Numbered from the stretch's first letter, positions 15,405 to 25,309 are shown. The stretch is 64,000 nt of DNA from Mycobacteriales bacterium (GCA_046590985.1 JBKJVH010000121.1:8148-72147), one strand, 5' to 3'. Numbers and translations: made by a program. Notes: generated by a model not told the origin, from the sequence alone.

Positions 15405-18098
15405 ATGACCGAAGACCTGCTCAGGGCTGACATCCGCCAGCTGACGACGATGCTGGGGGAGACCCTCGCCCGCACCGAGGGGCAGGAGCTGCTCGATCTG
15501 GTCGAGCTCGTCCGCGGTCACGCCAAGGACAGCGGCCTGTCCGACCTGCCGCAGGACGTCGACGCGCAGCTCCGCGAGATGGACCTGAGCACGACGATCC
15601 GGCTGGTCCGTGCCTTCACGAGCTACTTCCACCTGGCCAACGTCACCGAGCAGGTTCACCGTGGCCGCGAGCTCGTCCGTCAGCGGGCCGAGCAGGGCGG
15701 CTGGCTCGAACGCGCGCTGCGGCGGATCGCCGACGCGGACGTGCCGGTGGAGGTGCTGGCGGCGGACGTCGCCCGGCTGGCCGTACGCCCCGTCCTGACG
15801 GCGCACCCGACGGGGGCGGCCCGCCGGTCCATCCTGGACAAGCTGCGCCGGATCGCGGCGCTGCTGGACGCACCGGCGTCGGCCGCCCGCACCCGCCGGC
15901 TGGCGGAGGCCGTCGAGCTGGTCTGGCAGACCGACGAGCTGCGGCTCGACCGGCCCGATCCGTTGGACGAGGCCCGCAACGGCATCTACTACCTGGAGGG
16001 CCTGGGCGGTACGGCCGTCGGCGACGTCCTGGAAGAGCTCCGTGACCAGCTCGCCCGCGTCGGCGTGACGCTGCCCGAAGGTGCCCGGCCGCTGACGTTC
16101 GGCACCTGGATCGGCGGTGACCGTGACGGCAACCCGAACGTCACGCCGCTCATCACGCTGTCGGTGCTGGAGCTCCAAGCCGTGCACGGCATCCGGTTGC
16201 TGCTGGAGCTGGTCGACGACCTGCGCCGCGAGCTGTCGGTGTCCCAGCGCGTCTCCGGGGTGTCCGCGGCGTTGCGTGAGCTGCTGGCCGCTGCGCTCGA
16301 GGCGCTGCCCGAGGTGGACCCGCGCTATCGGCGGCTCAACGCCGAGGAGCCGTACCGGCTGTTCCTCACCTGCGTGCGGCGTCGGCTGGCTCTGACGCTC
16401 GAGCGGATCGAGACCGGGTCCCGGCACGTGCCGGGGCGTGACTACCTGGCGGTGGCGGAGCTGACCGCGGAGCTGGCCGTCCTGCAGGCCTCCGTTCGGG
16501 ACCACCAGGGTGATCTGCTGGCCGACGGTGCGGTCGACCGGTTGGTCAGAACCGTTGCTGCGACAGGGATCCTGCTCGCCACCATGGACGTCCGCGAGCA
16601 CGCCGATGCACACCACCACGCCGTCGGCCAGCTGCTCGACCGGACGTGGGAGCTGGCGTTTCCCTATGCCGACCTGGCCCGCCATCATCGGCTTGCGGCC
16701 CTGTCGAAGGAGCTGACCAGTCGGCGGCCGTTGGCGGGCCAGCCGCTGCCGCTGGACGAGGCCGGCGCCAAGACCGCCGGGGTGTTCCACGCGATCCGCA
16801 CGGCGTTGGACGTCCTCGGCCCGGAGGCGGTGGAGAGCTATGTCATCTCGATGACCCAGGGCGCTGACGACGTGCTGGCCGCGGTCGTGCTGGCCCGCGA
16901 AGCGGGGCTCGTCGACCTCGCCGACGGGATCGCGCGCATCGGGTTCGTCCCGCTCCTGGAGACCGTCGAAGAGCTCGACAAGGCCGCCGAGATCCTCACC
17001 TCGCTCTTGGAGGATCCCTCCTACCGCCGGCTGGTCCTCCTGCGCGGCGACGTGCAGGAGGTGATGCTCGGCTACTCCGACAGCAACAAGGCCGGCGGCA
17101 TCGCGACGTCGCAGTGGCAGATCCACCGGGCCCAGCGACAGGCCCGGGATGTGGCGGTGTCCTTCGGCGTCCGGCTCCGGTTCTTCCACGGTCGCGGTGG
17201 CTCGGTCGGGCGCGGCGGTGGTCCCACCTACGAGGCGATCATGGCGCTGCCCAACGGGGCGGTGGACGGCGAGGTCAAGCTGACCGAGCAGGGTGAGGTG
17301 ATCAGCGACAAGTACGCCCTGCCGGTGCTCGCCCGCGAGAACCTCGAGCTGCTGCTGGCGGCCTCGCTGGAGGCGACGGTGCTGCACACGAGGCCGCGCC
17401 GCAGCTCGGCCCAAGGGGAGCGCTGGGATGCGGAGATGGCCTTGGTGTCGGCCGCAGCGCATGACCGCTATCGCGCTTTCGTCGAGGACCCGTCGCTGCC
17501 GGCGTACTTCCTGGCGTCCACCCCGGTCGACCTCCTGGCGGACCTGCACATCGGCTCGCGGCCGTCGCGTCGTCCGTCGTCCGCGGCCGGCATCGAGGGT
17601 CTGCGCGCCATACCGTGGGTCTTCGGCTGGACCCAGTCCCGGCAGATCATCCCCGGCTGGTACGGCGTGGGCACCGGCCTGCAGGCGGCGTCCTCGTCGC
17701 TCGCGGTGTTGCAGGAGATGTACGCGGACTGGCCCTTCTTCCGGGCGTTCCTGTCGAACGTGTCGATGACGCTGGTGAAGACCGACCTGACGATCGCGGC
17801 GCGTTATGTGACGCGGCTGGTGCCGGCTGAGCTGCAGCACGTGTTCGCGACCGTTCAGGCCGAGCATGCGTTGACCGTCTCGCACGTCCTGGCGGTGACC
17901 GGGGAGACAGCGCTGCTCGACAGCGATCCGGTGCTCCGGCAGACCTTGCGCACCCGCGAGACCTATCTCGAGCCGCTGCACCACCTGCAGGTCGAGCTGC
18001 TCGCCCGATCGCGGGCGGGCGAGTCAGATCCCCTGCTGGGTAGGGCTTTGCTCCTCACCGTGAACGGTGTTGCGGCGGGCCTGCGCAACACCGGCTGA
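15405..18098 (+). CDS. ppc: Phosphoenolpyruvate carboxylase
   Basis: ATG 15405 (MTEDLLRADIRQL...). Contains VLTAHPT, GYSDSNKAGG, FHGRGGSVGRGGGP and the C-terminal LRNTG. 897 aa. Confidence 0.95.
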   Translation: MTEDLLRADIRQLTTMLGETLARTEGQELLDLVELVRGHAKDSGLSDLPQDVDAQLREMDLSTTIRLVRAFTSYFHLANVTEQVHRGRELVRQRAEQGGWLERALRRIADADVPVEVLAADVARLAVRPVLTAHPTGAARRSILDKLRRIAALLDAPASAARTRRLAEAVELVWQTDELRLDRPDPLDEARNGIYYLEGLGGTAVGDVLEELRDQLARVGVTLPEGARPLTFGTWIGGDRDGNPNVTPLITLSVLELQAVHGIRLLLELVDDLRRELSVSQRVSGVSAALRELLAAALEALPEVDPRYRRLNAEEPYRLFLTCVRRRLALTLERIETGSRHVPGRDYLAVAELTAELAVLQASVRDHQGDLLADGAVDRLVRTVAATGILLATMDVREHADAHHHAVGQLLDRTWELAFPYADLARHHRLAALSKELTSRRPLAGQPLPLDEAGAKTAGVFHAIRTALDVLGPEAVESYVISMTQGADDVLAAVVLAREAGLVDLADGIARIGFVPLLETVEELDKAAEILTSLLEDPSYRRLVLLRGDVQEVMLGYSDSNKAGGIATSQWQIHRAQRQARDVAVSFGVRLRFFHGRGGSVGRGGGPTYEAIMALPNGAVDGEVKLTEQGEVISDKYALPVLARENLELLLAASLEATVLHTRPRRSSAQGERWDAEMALVSAAAHDRYRAFVEDPSLPAYFLASTPVDLLADLHIGSRPSRRPSSAAGIEGLRAIPWVFGWTQSRQIIPGWYGVGTGLQAASSSLAVLQEMYADWPFFRAFLSNVSMTLVKTDLTIAARYVTRLVPAELQHVFATVQAEHALTVSHVLAVTGETALLDSDPVLRQTLRTRETYLEPLHHLQVELLARSRAGESDPLLGRALLLTVNGVAAGLRNTG

Positions 18099-18128
18099 CG
18101 CTCTTCCCCGCGGCACCCGCTCCCACTT

Positions 18129-18200
18129 CCCTGCGCTGGTGCTGAAGTCACCGGCTTCTGTGAGCGTGAGCTGTCCCGTGGTTTCGGCACTGGCGCAGGG
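18129..18200. terminator. Weak long-loop inverted repeat between convergent ppc and the cysteine-synthase-family gene
   Basis: CCCTGCGCTGGTGC (18129-18142) against GCACTGGCGCAGGG (18187-18200). 12 of 14 positions are complementary, with a loop of about 44 nt. Confidence 0.2.
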
Positions 18201-18203
18201 AGG

Positions 18204-19262
18204 TCAGGTGTGGGCGGCGAGCCAGTCCTGCCAAGGAGCCAGGTCCATGCCCTGCGCTGCGACCCAGCTGTCGTCGTAGCAGGTGTCGTCATAGCGATCG
18301 CCGCGGTCACACAGGAGCGTGACGATCGAGCCCTCCTCGCCGCTGTCCCGCAGCTCGGCCGCCAGGTGCAGGGCCCCGATGAGGTTGGTGCCGGTGCTGC
18401 CGCCGGCCGACCAGCCGGTGGTGGCGCGGAGCCAGCGAGCCGCCGCGATCGACGCAGCGTCCGGGATCTTCAGCATCCGGTCGACGACGCCGGCGACGAA
18501 GGACTGCTCGACCTGTGGGCGTCCGATGCCCTCGATCCGGGAGCCCTTGGCAAGGGCGTTCGGGTCTCGTGCCCAGCCCTCGAAGAAGGCCGAGCCCTCC
18601 GGGTCGACGACGCACACCTCGGTGGGCAGCCGCTTGTAGCGGAAGAACCTCCCGAACGTCGCACTCGTCCCGCCGGTGCCTGCCCCGACCACGACCCAAC
18701 GCGGTACGGGGTGGCGCTCGGCTCGGAGCTGCTCCAGGACGCTCTCCGCGATGTTGTTGTTGCCCCGCCAGTCCGTCGCGCGCTCGGCGAACCGGAACTG
18801 GTCGAGGTAGTGGCCGCCGACCTCGGCTGCGACGCGGGCGGCTTCCCCGTCCAAGCTGGAGGGGTCGTCGATGAACCTGCAGCTGCCGCCGGCGTGCTCG
18901 ATGAGCTGGATCTTCTCCGGGCTGGTCGACCGGGGGAGCACGGCGATGAAGGGCAGGTTGAGCAGTCGAGCGAAGTGCGCCTCGCTGACGGCCGTCGATC
19001 CGCTCGAGGCCTCCACCAACGTGGTGCCCTCGCGGATCCAGCCGTTCACGAGGCCATACAGGACAAGGGATCTCGCAAGCCGGTGCTTCAGCGAACCGGT
19101 CGGGTGGGAGGACTCGTCCTTGAGGTAGACGTCAACGCCGGGCCGGCTCAGGGGCAGGGTGTGCAGGTGGGTGTCGGCCGACCTGGCTGCGTCGGCCTCG
19201 ATGCGCCTGACGGCCTCGGAGACCCAGGCGCGGTCGGACGGTTGGGAGAGGTCCTCGATCAC
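18204..19262 (-). CDS. PLP-dependent cysteine synthase family protein
   Basis: PLP lysine region [14 protein letters not shown] and a [10 protein letters not shown] loop. I place the start at GTG 19262, 5 nt after the stop of the upstream HxlR gene. Confidence 0.8.
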   Translation of the reverse strand: MIEDLSQPSDRAWVSEAVRRIEADAARSADTHLHTLPLSRPGVDVYLKDESSHPTGSLKHRLARSLVLYGLVNGWIREGTTLVEASSGSTAVSEAHFARLLNLPFIAVLPRSTSPEKIQLIEHAGGSCRFIDDPSSLDGEAARVAAEVGGHYLDQFRFAERATDWRGNNNIAESVLEQLRAERHPVPRWVVVGAGTGGTSATFGRFFRYKRLPTEVCVVDPEGSAFFEGWARDPNALAKGSRIEGIGRPQVEQSFVAGVVDRMLKIPDAASIAAARWLRATTGWSAGGSTGTNLIGALHLAAELRDSGEEGSIVTLLCDRGDRYDDTCYDDSWVAAQGMDLAPWQDWLAAHT

Positions 19263-19266
19263 TCGG

Positions 19267-19734
19267 TCATGCTCGCAGGTGGCGCAACCCGTCGATCGGG
19301 CCGTCCGGCCCCTCCGCGATCCGGACCGAGCCAGGGAGGACCTCACGGCCGCACGCTTGGCAGTGCATGACGGGGACGAGTCGATGCCCGCAGTCGTGTT
19401 CGTGCACGACCGGTGGCGGTCCCTCGGTGACGTGCTCGTCGCCCCAGCGCTTGAGGGCCTGAATCACTGGGCTGAGGGCACGACCGGACGCCGTGAGGTG
19501 GTAGTCAAAACGTGGGGGAGCGGTGGAGTACGCCCGCCGGTCGACGACGCCGACCTCCTCGAGCTTGCGGAGCCGAGCGGTCAGGATGTCGCGAGGGGCG
19601 CCGGTGTTGGCAGCGAGGTCGTTGAAGCGGTGCACGCCGTGGAACAGCTCTCGAACCACCAGGAGGGACCAGCGCTCACCGACCACCTCGAGGGCGTTGG
19701 CGACGCTGCAGTGACGGGCAGTGGTGGTGCTCAC
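19267..19734 (-). CDS. HxlR-family winged-helix transcriptional regulator
   Basis: [32 protein letters not shown] ... [14 protein letters not shown] ... YHLTASG is the HxlR core. GTG start at 19734. The rest of the 486-aa track ORF is shadow. Confidence 0.85.
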   Translation of the reverse strand: MSTTTARHCSVANALEVVGERWSLLVVRELFHGVHRFNDLAANTGAPRDILTARLRKLEEVGVVDRRAYSTAPPRFDYHLTASGRALSPVIQALKRWGDEHVTEGPPPVVHEHDCGHRLVPVMHCQACGREVLPGSVRIAEGPDGPIDGLRHLRA

Positions 19735-19764
19735 CTCCCCAGTATGCCTGACTGGGTTGTGTTT

Positions 19765-19789
19765 TCCAACTGACCATGCTTGAGTTGGA
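19765..19789. promoter_or_regulatory. Perfect inverted repeat TCCAACT-N11-AGTTGGA in the HxlR/MFS divergent promoter
   Basis: 7-bp arms verified base by base. The region is locally AT-richer, and a further CCAAC sits at 19794-19798. Confidence 0.35.
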
Positions 19790-19809
19790 TTTCCCAACCG
19801 ACACCGGAG

Positions 19810-21201
19810 ATGCTGATGTCGCTCGACGTCCTGGTACGTACCCGCGAGATCCCCGTCGTCCGGCCCAAGACCGTGCTTGTGGTGCTGAGCGCCGCGGCCT
19901 TCATGGCCAGCCTTGACCTGTTCATCGTCAACGTCGCCCTGAGCGACATCGGCCGCGATCTCGGCAGCGGCTCGCTGTCCGACCTGAGCTGGGTGCTCAA
20001 CGCCTACGCGATCATCTACGCCGCCCTGCTGGTGCCAGCCGGACGGCTGGCGGATCGTTTCGGGCGCAAGTCGGGCTTCCTGCTGGGACTCACGGTCTTC
20101 GTCGTGGCCAGCCTCGGTTGCGCCGTGAGCGGCAGCCTCTGGGTGCTCGTCGCGTTCCGTCTCTTGCAGGCCGCCGGAGCCGCGCTGCTGACGCCGACCA
20201 GCCTGGGGCTGCTGCTGGCCGCCACCCCGCCAGCTGGTCGGGCCAGTGCCGTCCGTGCCTGGGCCGCTTCGGGCTCCCTGGCAGCGGCTCTGGGCCCGGT
20301 CGTCGGCGGTCTGCTGGTCGAGGTGTCGTGGCGCTGGATCTTCCTGGTCAACCTGCCGTTCGGGCTGGCCGCCCTGGTTGCAGCGTTCGTCCTGGTGCCA
20401 GACTCCGACCACGACCGCGGGCTGCTGATGCCTGACCTGTTCGGCGGGCTGGTGCTGATCGTGTCGATCGGGTCGTTGGCGACCGGGCTCGTGAAGGCCC
20501 CCGAGTGGGGCTGGGGCTCGGCGTCTACCGTCGGTTTCCTTGCCTTGTCGGCGATCTCGCTCGTCGGCTTCCTCGTCCGCTGCCATCGGCACCCGGTTCC
20601 GGTGGTGGAGTTGGCGCTGCTGAAGCATCGGAGCTTTGCCTGGTCCAACGCGACGGCCCTGCTGTTCTCCGCCGCCTTCGCCGCCAACCTGTTGTCGTTC
20701 GTGTTGTGGATGGAGGCGGTCTGGCACTGGTCAGCCCTGGAGACCGGTCTGGGCGTCGCTCCCGGGCCGCTGATGGTGCCGGTCTTCGCAGCGGTCGGGC
20801 ACCGGCTGACCCGCCGCTTCAGGGTGGGGCAGGTGACGGCCGCGGGTTCGCTGCTGCTGGGCATCGGCGTCGCGCTCGTGCTCCTCTCGATCGGGACCGA
20901 GCCCTCCTACGTGGCCGACTTCCTGCCAGGTTGGCTCATCGGCGGGGCAGGAGTAGGCCTGGCGCTCCCGACGATCCTGTCCTCTGCGACGGCGGACCTG
21001 GCCCCGCAGGAGGCGTCGACGGGCAGTGCCATCGTGAACATGTCGCGACAGATCGGCGCGGTGCTGGGGATCAGCGTGCTGGTCGCCGTGCTGGCGGTTG
21101 GTGACCCGCGGGCGGCGTTCACGCACGCCTGGTGGGTGATCGTCGGCCTCAGCCTCGCGGGAGCGGTGGCCGCCCTCGGGACGTCGCCCGCCCAGGCGTA
21201 G
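19810..21201 (+). CDS. MFS transporter, DHA2 (EmrB/QacA-like, about 14 TM segments)
   Basis: Contains LDLFIVNVAL, GRLADRFGRK and many hydrophobic segments. ATG 19810 or 19816; the track's TTG 19780 lies inside the operator-like repeat. Confidence 0.85.
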   Translation: MLMSLDVLVRTREIPVVRPKTVLVVLSAAAFMASLDLFIVNVALSDIGRDLGSGSLSDLSWVLNAYAIIYAALLVPAGRLADRFGRKSGFLLGLTVFVVASLGCAVSGSLWVLVAFRLLQAAGAALLTPTSLGLLLAATPPAGRASAVRAWAASGSLAAALGPVVGGLLVEVSWRWIFLVNLPFGLAALVAAFVLVPDSDHDRGLLMPDLFGGLVLIVSIGSLATGLVKAPEWGWGSASTVGFLALSAISLVGFLVRCHRHPVPVVELALLKHRSFAWSNATALLFSAAFAANLLSFVLWMEAVWHWSALETGLGVAPGPLMVPVFAAVGHRLTRRFRVGQVTAAGSLLLGIGVALVLLSIGTEPSYVADFLPGWLIGGAGVGLALPTILSSATADLAPQEASTGSAIVNMSRQIGAVLGISVLVAVLAVGDPRAAFTHAWWVIVGLSLAGAVAALGTSPAQA

Positions 21202-21357
21202 GACCGTCCCGGACGGGCCACCTGCGGACCGTTCTCCAGCGCCCGTCCCGGCAACCCAGGGTCCGGTGCCGTCGTTCGGGTCCGCCACGGAGCAGGTCCG
21301 GGTGGACCTGCTGGACTGCGGGGCGTTGTGGCAGTTGCTCGACGCCGACGGACCGCG

Positions 21358-21530
21358 GTGATCCTCACCGATGCCAACGTGCTGGTCTACGCCTTCCGAC
21401 GGGAGGCGGCGCCGCACGAGGCGTACGCCTGGCTCACCCGGATCGTGGACGGCGCGGACGAGCCAGCGCGGACGCTCAGCCGGACCGCTGACTTCAGCAC
21501 CACAGCAGGGATGTGGGGAAGACATGCGGG
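21358..21530 (+). pseudogene. Probable truncated PIN-domain (VapC-like) toxin remnant
   Basis: VILTDANVLVYAFRREAAPHEAYAWLTRIVDGADEP matches the first ~35 aa of TIGR00028-type VapC toxins. Similarity then stops, and the frame runs into the antisense of the MarR gene. GTG 21358 overlaps a TGA (21359-21361) in TA-operon style, but no intact antitoxin ORF lies upstream. Confidence 0.3.
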
Positions 21531-22016
21531 TCAGAAGTCGCCGGCGGCCTTCCGGAGGTCTTCCAGCGCGTTCACCAGCGACGTCATCCGACGCGGACTC
21601 AGACCCGGCTGGCTGAAGACGTCGCGGTTGAGCACTTCCGTCGCCTTCAGGCCGGTCTCGCGGCCGGCGTCGGTCACCTCGACCAGGGTCGCCCGTCCGT
21701 CGGTGGGGTGCGGCAGTCGCTCGACGAGTCCGGCCGCCGACAGCCGGTCCACGGCGTTGGTGATCGAGGTCGGGTGCACCTGCAGCCGCTCGCTGGCCTT
21801 CTTGATGGGCATCGAGCCGCGGCTGCTGAACACCAGGAGCATGAGCAGCTCATAGCGCGCGAACGTCAGGTCGAACGGCTTGAGCGCCTCGTCGACGCGG
21901 GCCTGCAGAATCTGCTGGGCACGCATGACCGAGGTGACCGCCGCCATCCCCTCGGCGGCGTCCTCCCAGCCGTGCTCCTCCCACTTCGCCCGGGCCAGGG
22001 CGATGGTGTCCCTCAC
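21531..22016 (-). CDS. MarR-family transcriptional regulator
   Basis: LTFARYELLMLLVFS ... MPIKKASERLQVHPTSITNAVDRLSAAGLVERL is a MarR winged helix. 4-nt overlap with the upstream icmF. Confidence 0.85.
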   Translation of the reverse strand: MRDTIALARAKWEEHGWEDAAEGMAAVTSVMRAQQILQARVDEALKPFDLTFARYELLMLLVFSSRGSMPIKKASERLQVHPTSITNAVDRLSAAGLVERLPHPTDGRATLVEVTDAGRETGLKATEVLNRDVFSQPGLSPRRMTSLVNALEDLRKAAGDF

Positions 22017-25000
22017 ACGTTGCGGCGGTACTGACCGCCGACCTCGAAGAACGCGTCGCTGATCTGTCCCAGCGAGCAGGAGCGGACCGCTGTCATCAGG
22101 GCTTCGAAGACGTTGCCGCCGGTGGTGGCGGCCTCCTGCAGCAGAGCCAGCGCGGCGGGCGCCTCCGAGATGTGGGCGGTCTGGAAGGCGTGCAGCCGGT
22201 CGAGCTGGGACTGCTTCTCGCCCTCGGTCGCGCGGGCCAGCTCCACCGTGTGTGGCGGCTCGTCGGACGCCGGCGCGAGGAAGGTGTTGACGCCGATGAG
22301 CGGCAGCGACCCGTCGTGCTTCTTGTGCTCGTACAGCATCGACTCATCCTGGATGCGGCCGCGCTGGTACCCGGTCTCCATCGCTCCGAGAACGCCGCCC
22401 CGCTCGGCGATCCGGTCGAACTCGGCGAGCACGGCGGTCTCGACGAGGTCGGTGAGCTCCTCCACGATGAACGACCCTTGGAGGGGGTTCTCGTTGATCG
22501 ACAGGCCCCACTCCTTGTCGATGATCATCTGGATGGCCAGGGCCCGCCGTACCGACTCCTCCGACGGGGTCGTGACGGCCTCGTCGTAGGCGTTGGTGTG
22601 CAGCGAGTTGGCGTTGTCATACAGGGCGCAGAGTGCCTGCAGCGTGGTGCGGATGTCGTTGAAGTTCATCTCCTGCGCGTGCAGGGATCGACCCGAGGTC
22701 TGCACGTGGTACTTCAGCATCTGCGAACGGGGGGAGGCGCCGTACTTCTCCTTCATCGCGATCGCCCAGATCCGCCGGGCGACGCGACCCATGACGGTGT
22801 ACTCCGCGTCCATGCCGTTGCTGAAGAAGAACGACAGGTTCGGCGCGAAGTCATCGATCGACATGCCGCGGGACAGGTAGGCCTCGACGTAGGTGAACCC
22901 GTTGGCCAGGGTGAACGCCAGCTGGCTGATCGGGTTCGCGCCGGCCTCCGCGATGTGGTAGCCGGAGATCGAGACGGAGTAGAAGTTCTGCACGCGATGG
23001 TCGACGAAGTACTGCTGGATGTCGGCCATCGCCCGGAGCGCGAACTCGGTGCTGAAGATGCAGGTGTTCTGGCCCTGGTCCTCCTTGAGGATGTCGGCCT
23101 GCACGGTGCCGCGGACGTTGCGAAGCACCCATGCCCGCACCTCCTCGGCCTCAGCGGCGTCCGGCTCCCGGCCCTCCTCTTCGACGAAGCGGGCGAGGCG
23201 CTGGTCGATCGCGGTGTTGAGGAACATCGCCAGGATCGTCGGCGCCGGGCCGTTGATGGTCATCGACACCGAGGTGGTCGGGGAGCACAGGTCGAAGCCG
23301 CCGTACAAGACCTTCATGTCGTCGAAGGTGGCGATGCTGACCCCGGAGGTCCCTACCTTGCCGTAGATGTCGGGGCGCAGGTCAGGGTCGCGGCCGTAGA
23401 GCGTCACCGAGTCGAACGCGGTCGACAGCCGGGTCGCCGGCTGGCCCTCCGACAGCACCGTGAACCGCTTGTTGGTGCGGAACGCGTCACCCTCACCCGC
23501 GAACATCCTGGCCGGTGCCTCGCCGACGCGCTTGAACGGGAAAACGCCTGCGGTGTAAGGGAAGTAGCCCGGCAGGTTCTCCCGGCGCAGGAACGACACC
23601 AGCTCACCAGCATCGGTCGTACGGGGCACAGCCACGCGCCGGACCTTGCTGCCCGAGAGCGTCTCGCGGGTCAGGGGCGTGTGGATCTCCTTGCCGCGGA
23701 CGGAGTAGACGAGCTCGTCGCCGGAGTACTCCTCGACCCGGGCGGGCCAGGCGTCGAGCAGCGCCTGCACAGCCGGGTCCAGGGAAGTCCCGGCGATCAG
23801 CGCGTCGAGCTCGGCGGTGTGCTCCACCAGTGCGCGGGCGGTCTCGAGGTGCTGACGGGTGCGCGCCCGGGCGGCCTGCTCGGTGGTCGTCGAGTGGTAG
23901 TGCCGGATCGTCTCGCTGATCTCGGCCAGGTAGCGCTCGCGGGCCGCGGGCAGCACCGACGTCAGGCCGGTCGAGACGTGGGTGGTCACGTGCGGCAGGA
24001 CACCCGGCCCGGCGTTCAGGCCCTTGGCGAGGAGCAGCGCCTTCAGCTCCTGGTAGAGCGCGGTGACGCCGTCGTCGTGGAAGCGCGCGGCACTGGTGCC
24101 GAACACCGGCATGTCCTGGGACCCACCGCTGGAGCCGGACCGGTTGCGGGCCATCTGACGGGCCACGTCGCGGCGGGCGTCCTCGGCACCGCGGCGCTCG
24201 AACTTGTTGATCGCCACCACGTCGGCGTGGTCGAGCATGTCGATCTTCTCGAGCTGGGAAGAGGCGCCGTACTCCGGCGTCATCACGTAGAGGGAGACGT
24301 CGCAGTAGTCGGTGATGGTGCCGTCGCCCTGGCCGATGCCCGGCGTCTCGATGATGACCAGGTCGTAGCCGGCCGCCTTGCAGGCGTTGATGGCGTCGTG
24401 CAGCTTCTCGGGCACCGGTGCACCGGACGTGCGGGTCGCGAGTGACCGGAAGTAGATGTCGCTGCCGGCCAGCGCATTCATCCGGATCCGGTCGCCCAGC
24501 AGGGCGCCACCGCCCTTGCGACGCGTCGGGTCGATGGCCAGCACAGCCACCCGGAGCTTGTCCTCGAGGTCGAGCCGGAACCGGCGCAGCAGCTCGTCGG
24601 TGAGCGAGCTCTTGCCCGAACCGCCGGTGCCGGTGATGCCGAGCACGGGCACGGGACGCGCGGCCTGCGCGCAGTTCTCGGCCAGCTCGGGGGAGCGACC
24701 GGCCTCCAGCACCGTGATGGCTCGGGCGAGCGCCGCCGGGTCGCCGGACAGGACGGCCTCGATCGACGGCGGCAGCGCAGCCAGGTCGGTGTCGCAGGCC
24801 TTCACCAGCGTGTTGATCATGCCGGCCAGGCCCAGGCGCTGGCCTTCCTCGGGAGCGAAGATGGTGACGCCGCGGGACTTCAGCAGCGCGATCTCTTCCG
24901 GGACGATAACGCCACCGCCACCGCCGAACACCTGCACGTGACCGGCGCCCACCTCGGCCAGCCTCTCGACGAGGTAGGTGAAGTACTCCACATGGCCGCC

Positions 25001-25243
25001 CTGGTAGGAGCTGACGGCGACGCCCTGGGCGTCCTCCTGCAACGCGGCCTGCACGACGGCCTCGACGCTGCGGTCGTGGCCGAGGTGCACGACCTCGACG
25101 CCTTGGCTCTGCAGCACCCGCCGCATGATGTTGATCGCGGCGTCGTGGCCGTCGAACAGGGACGCGGACGTCACGAAGCGCACGGGGTTCACGGGAACGT
25201 GCAGCGTCACGGGAAGGCTCCAAGGGAGGTCGAGGTCCCCCAC
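22013..25243 (-). CDS. icmF: Fused isobutyryl-CoA mutase (B12-binding domain, MeaB-like GTPase and mutase domain)
   Basis: N-terminal FDGHDAAINIMRR (B12 domain), GITGTGGSGKSSL P-loop, and a C-terminal mutase barrel (TNKRFT, INGPAPT, QADILKEDQGQNTCIF). 1076 aa. Confidence 0.9.
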   Translation of the reverse strand: MGDLDLPWSLPVTLHVPVNPVRFVTSASLFDGHDAAINIMRRVLQSQGVEVVHLGHDRSVEAVVQAALQEDAQGVAVSSYQGGHVEYFTYLVERLAEVGAGHVQVFGGGGGVIVPEEIALLKSRGVTIFAPEEGQRLGLAGMINTLVKACDTDLAALPPSIEAVLSGDPAALARAITVLEAGRSPELAENCAQAARPVPVLGITGTGGSGKSSLTDELLRRFRLDLEDKLRVAVLAIDPTRRKGGGALLGDRIRMNALAGSDIYFRSLATRTSGAPVPEKLHDAINACKAAGYDLVIIETPGIGQGDGTITDYCDVSLYVMTPEYGASSQLEKIDMLDHADVVAINKFERRGAEDARRDVARQMARNRSGSSGGSQDMPVFGTSAARFHDDGVTALYQELKALLLAKGLNAGPGVLPHVTTHVSTGLTSVLPAARERYLAEISETIRHYHSTTTEQAARARTRQHLETARALVEHTAELDALIAGTSLDPAVQALLDAWPARVEEYSGDELVYSVRGKEIHTPLTRETLSGSKVRRVAVPRTTDAGELVSFLRRENLPGYFPYTAGVFPFKRVGEAPARMFAGEGDAFRTNKRFTVLSEGQPATRLSTAFDSVTLYGRDPDLRPDIYGKVGTSGVSIATFDDMKVLYGGFDLCSPTTSVSMTINGPAPTILAMFLNTAIDQRLARFVEEEGREPDAAEAEEVRAWVLRNVRGTVQADILKEDQGQNTCIFSTEFALRAMADIQQYFVDHRVQNFYSVSISGYHIAEAGANPISQLAFTLANGFTYVEAYLSRGMSIDDFAPNLSFFFSNGMDAEYTVMGRVARRIWAIAMKEKYGASPRSQMLKYHVQTSGRSLHAQEMNFNDIRTTLQALCALYDNANSLHTNAYDEAVTTPSEESVRRALAIQMIIDKEWGLSINENPLQGSFIVEELTDLVETAVLAEFDRIAERGGVLGAMETGYQRGRIQDESMLYEHKKHDGSLPLIGVNTFLAPASDEPPHTVELARATEGEKQSQLDRLHAFQTAHISEAPAALALLQEAATTGGNVFEALMTAVRSCSLGQISDAFFEVGGQYRRNV

Positions 25244-25252
25244 AAGATAACT

Positions 25253-25294
25253 GGACGTCCTCCTATTTGGCTAGTGACAACTGCAAGGACGTCC
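25253..25294. promoter_or_regulatory. Two copies of the 8-bp palindrome GGACGTCC, 34 bp apart, in the icmF/acd divergent promoter
   Basis: GGACGTCC at 25253-25260 and at 25287-25294, inside a 66 nt lower-GC gap between start codons 25243 (-) and 25310 (+). Confidence 0.35.
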
Positions 25295-25309
25295 ACGTAT
25301 CTTTACGGC

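Noticed and set aside
14673-17984. 1103-aa minus-strand ORF
   Set aside because: From 15273 upward it is antisense to ppc, which has unmistakable family motifs. Its translation there is Arg/Gly/Pro/Val-rich with no motifs. Only the last 199 codons (14673-15272) are kept as a gene.
22172-25223. Long alternative-frame ORFs across icmF (22172-24445 on + and 23604-25223 on -)
   Set aside because: The icmF frame carries B12-domain, P-loop and mutase motifs along its full length. The alternative frames are typical high-GC shadow ORFs rich in Arg, Gly, Pro and Ala.
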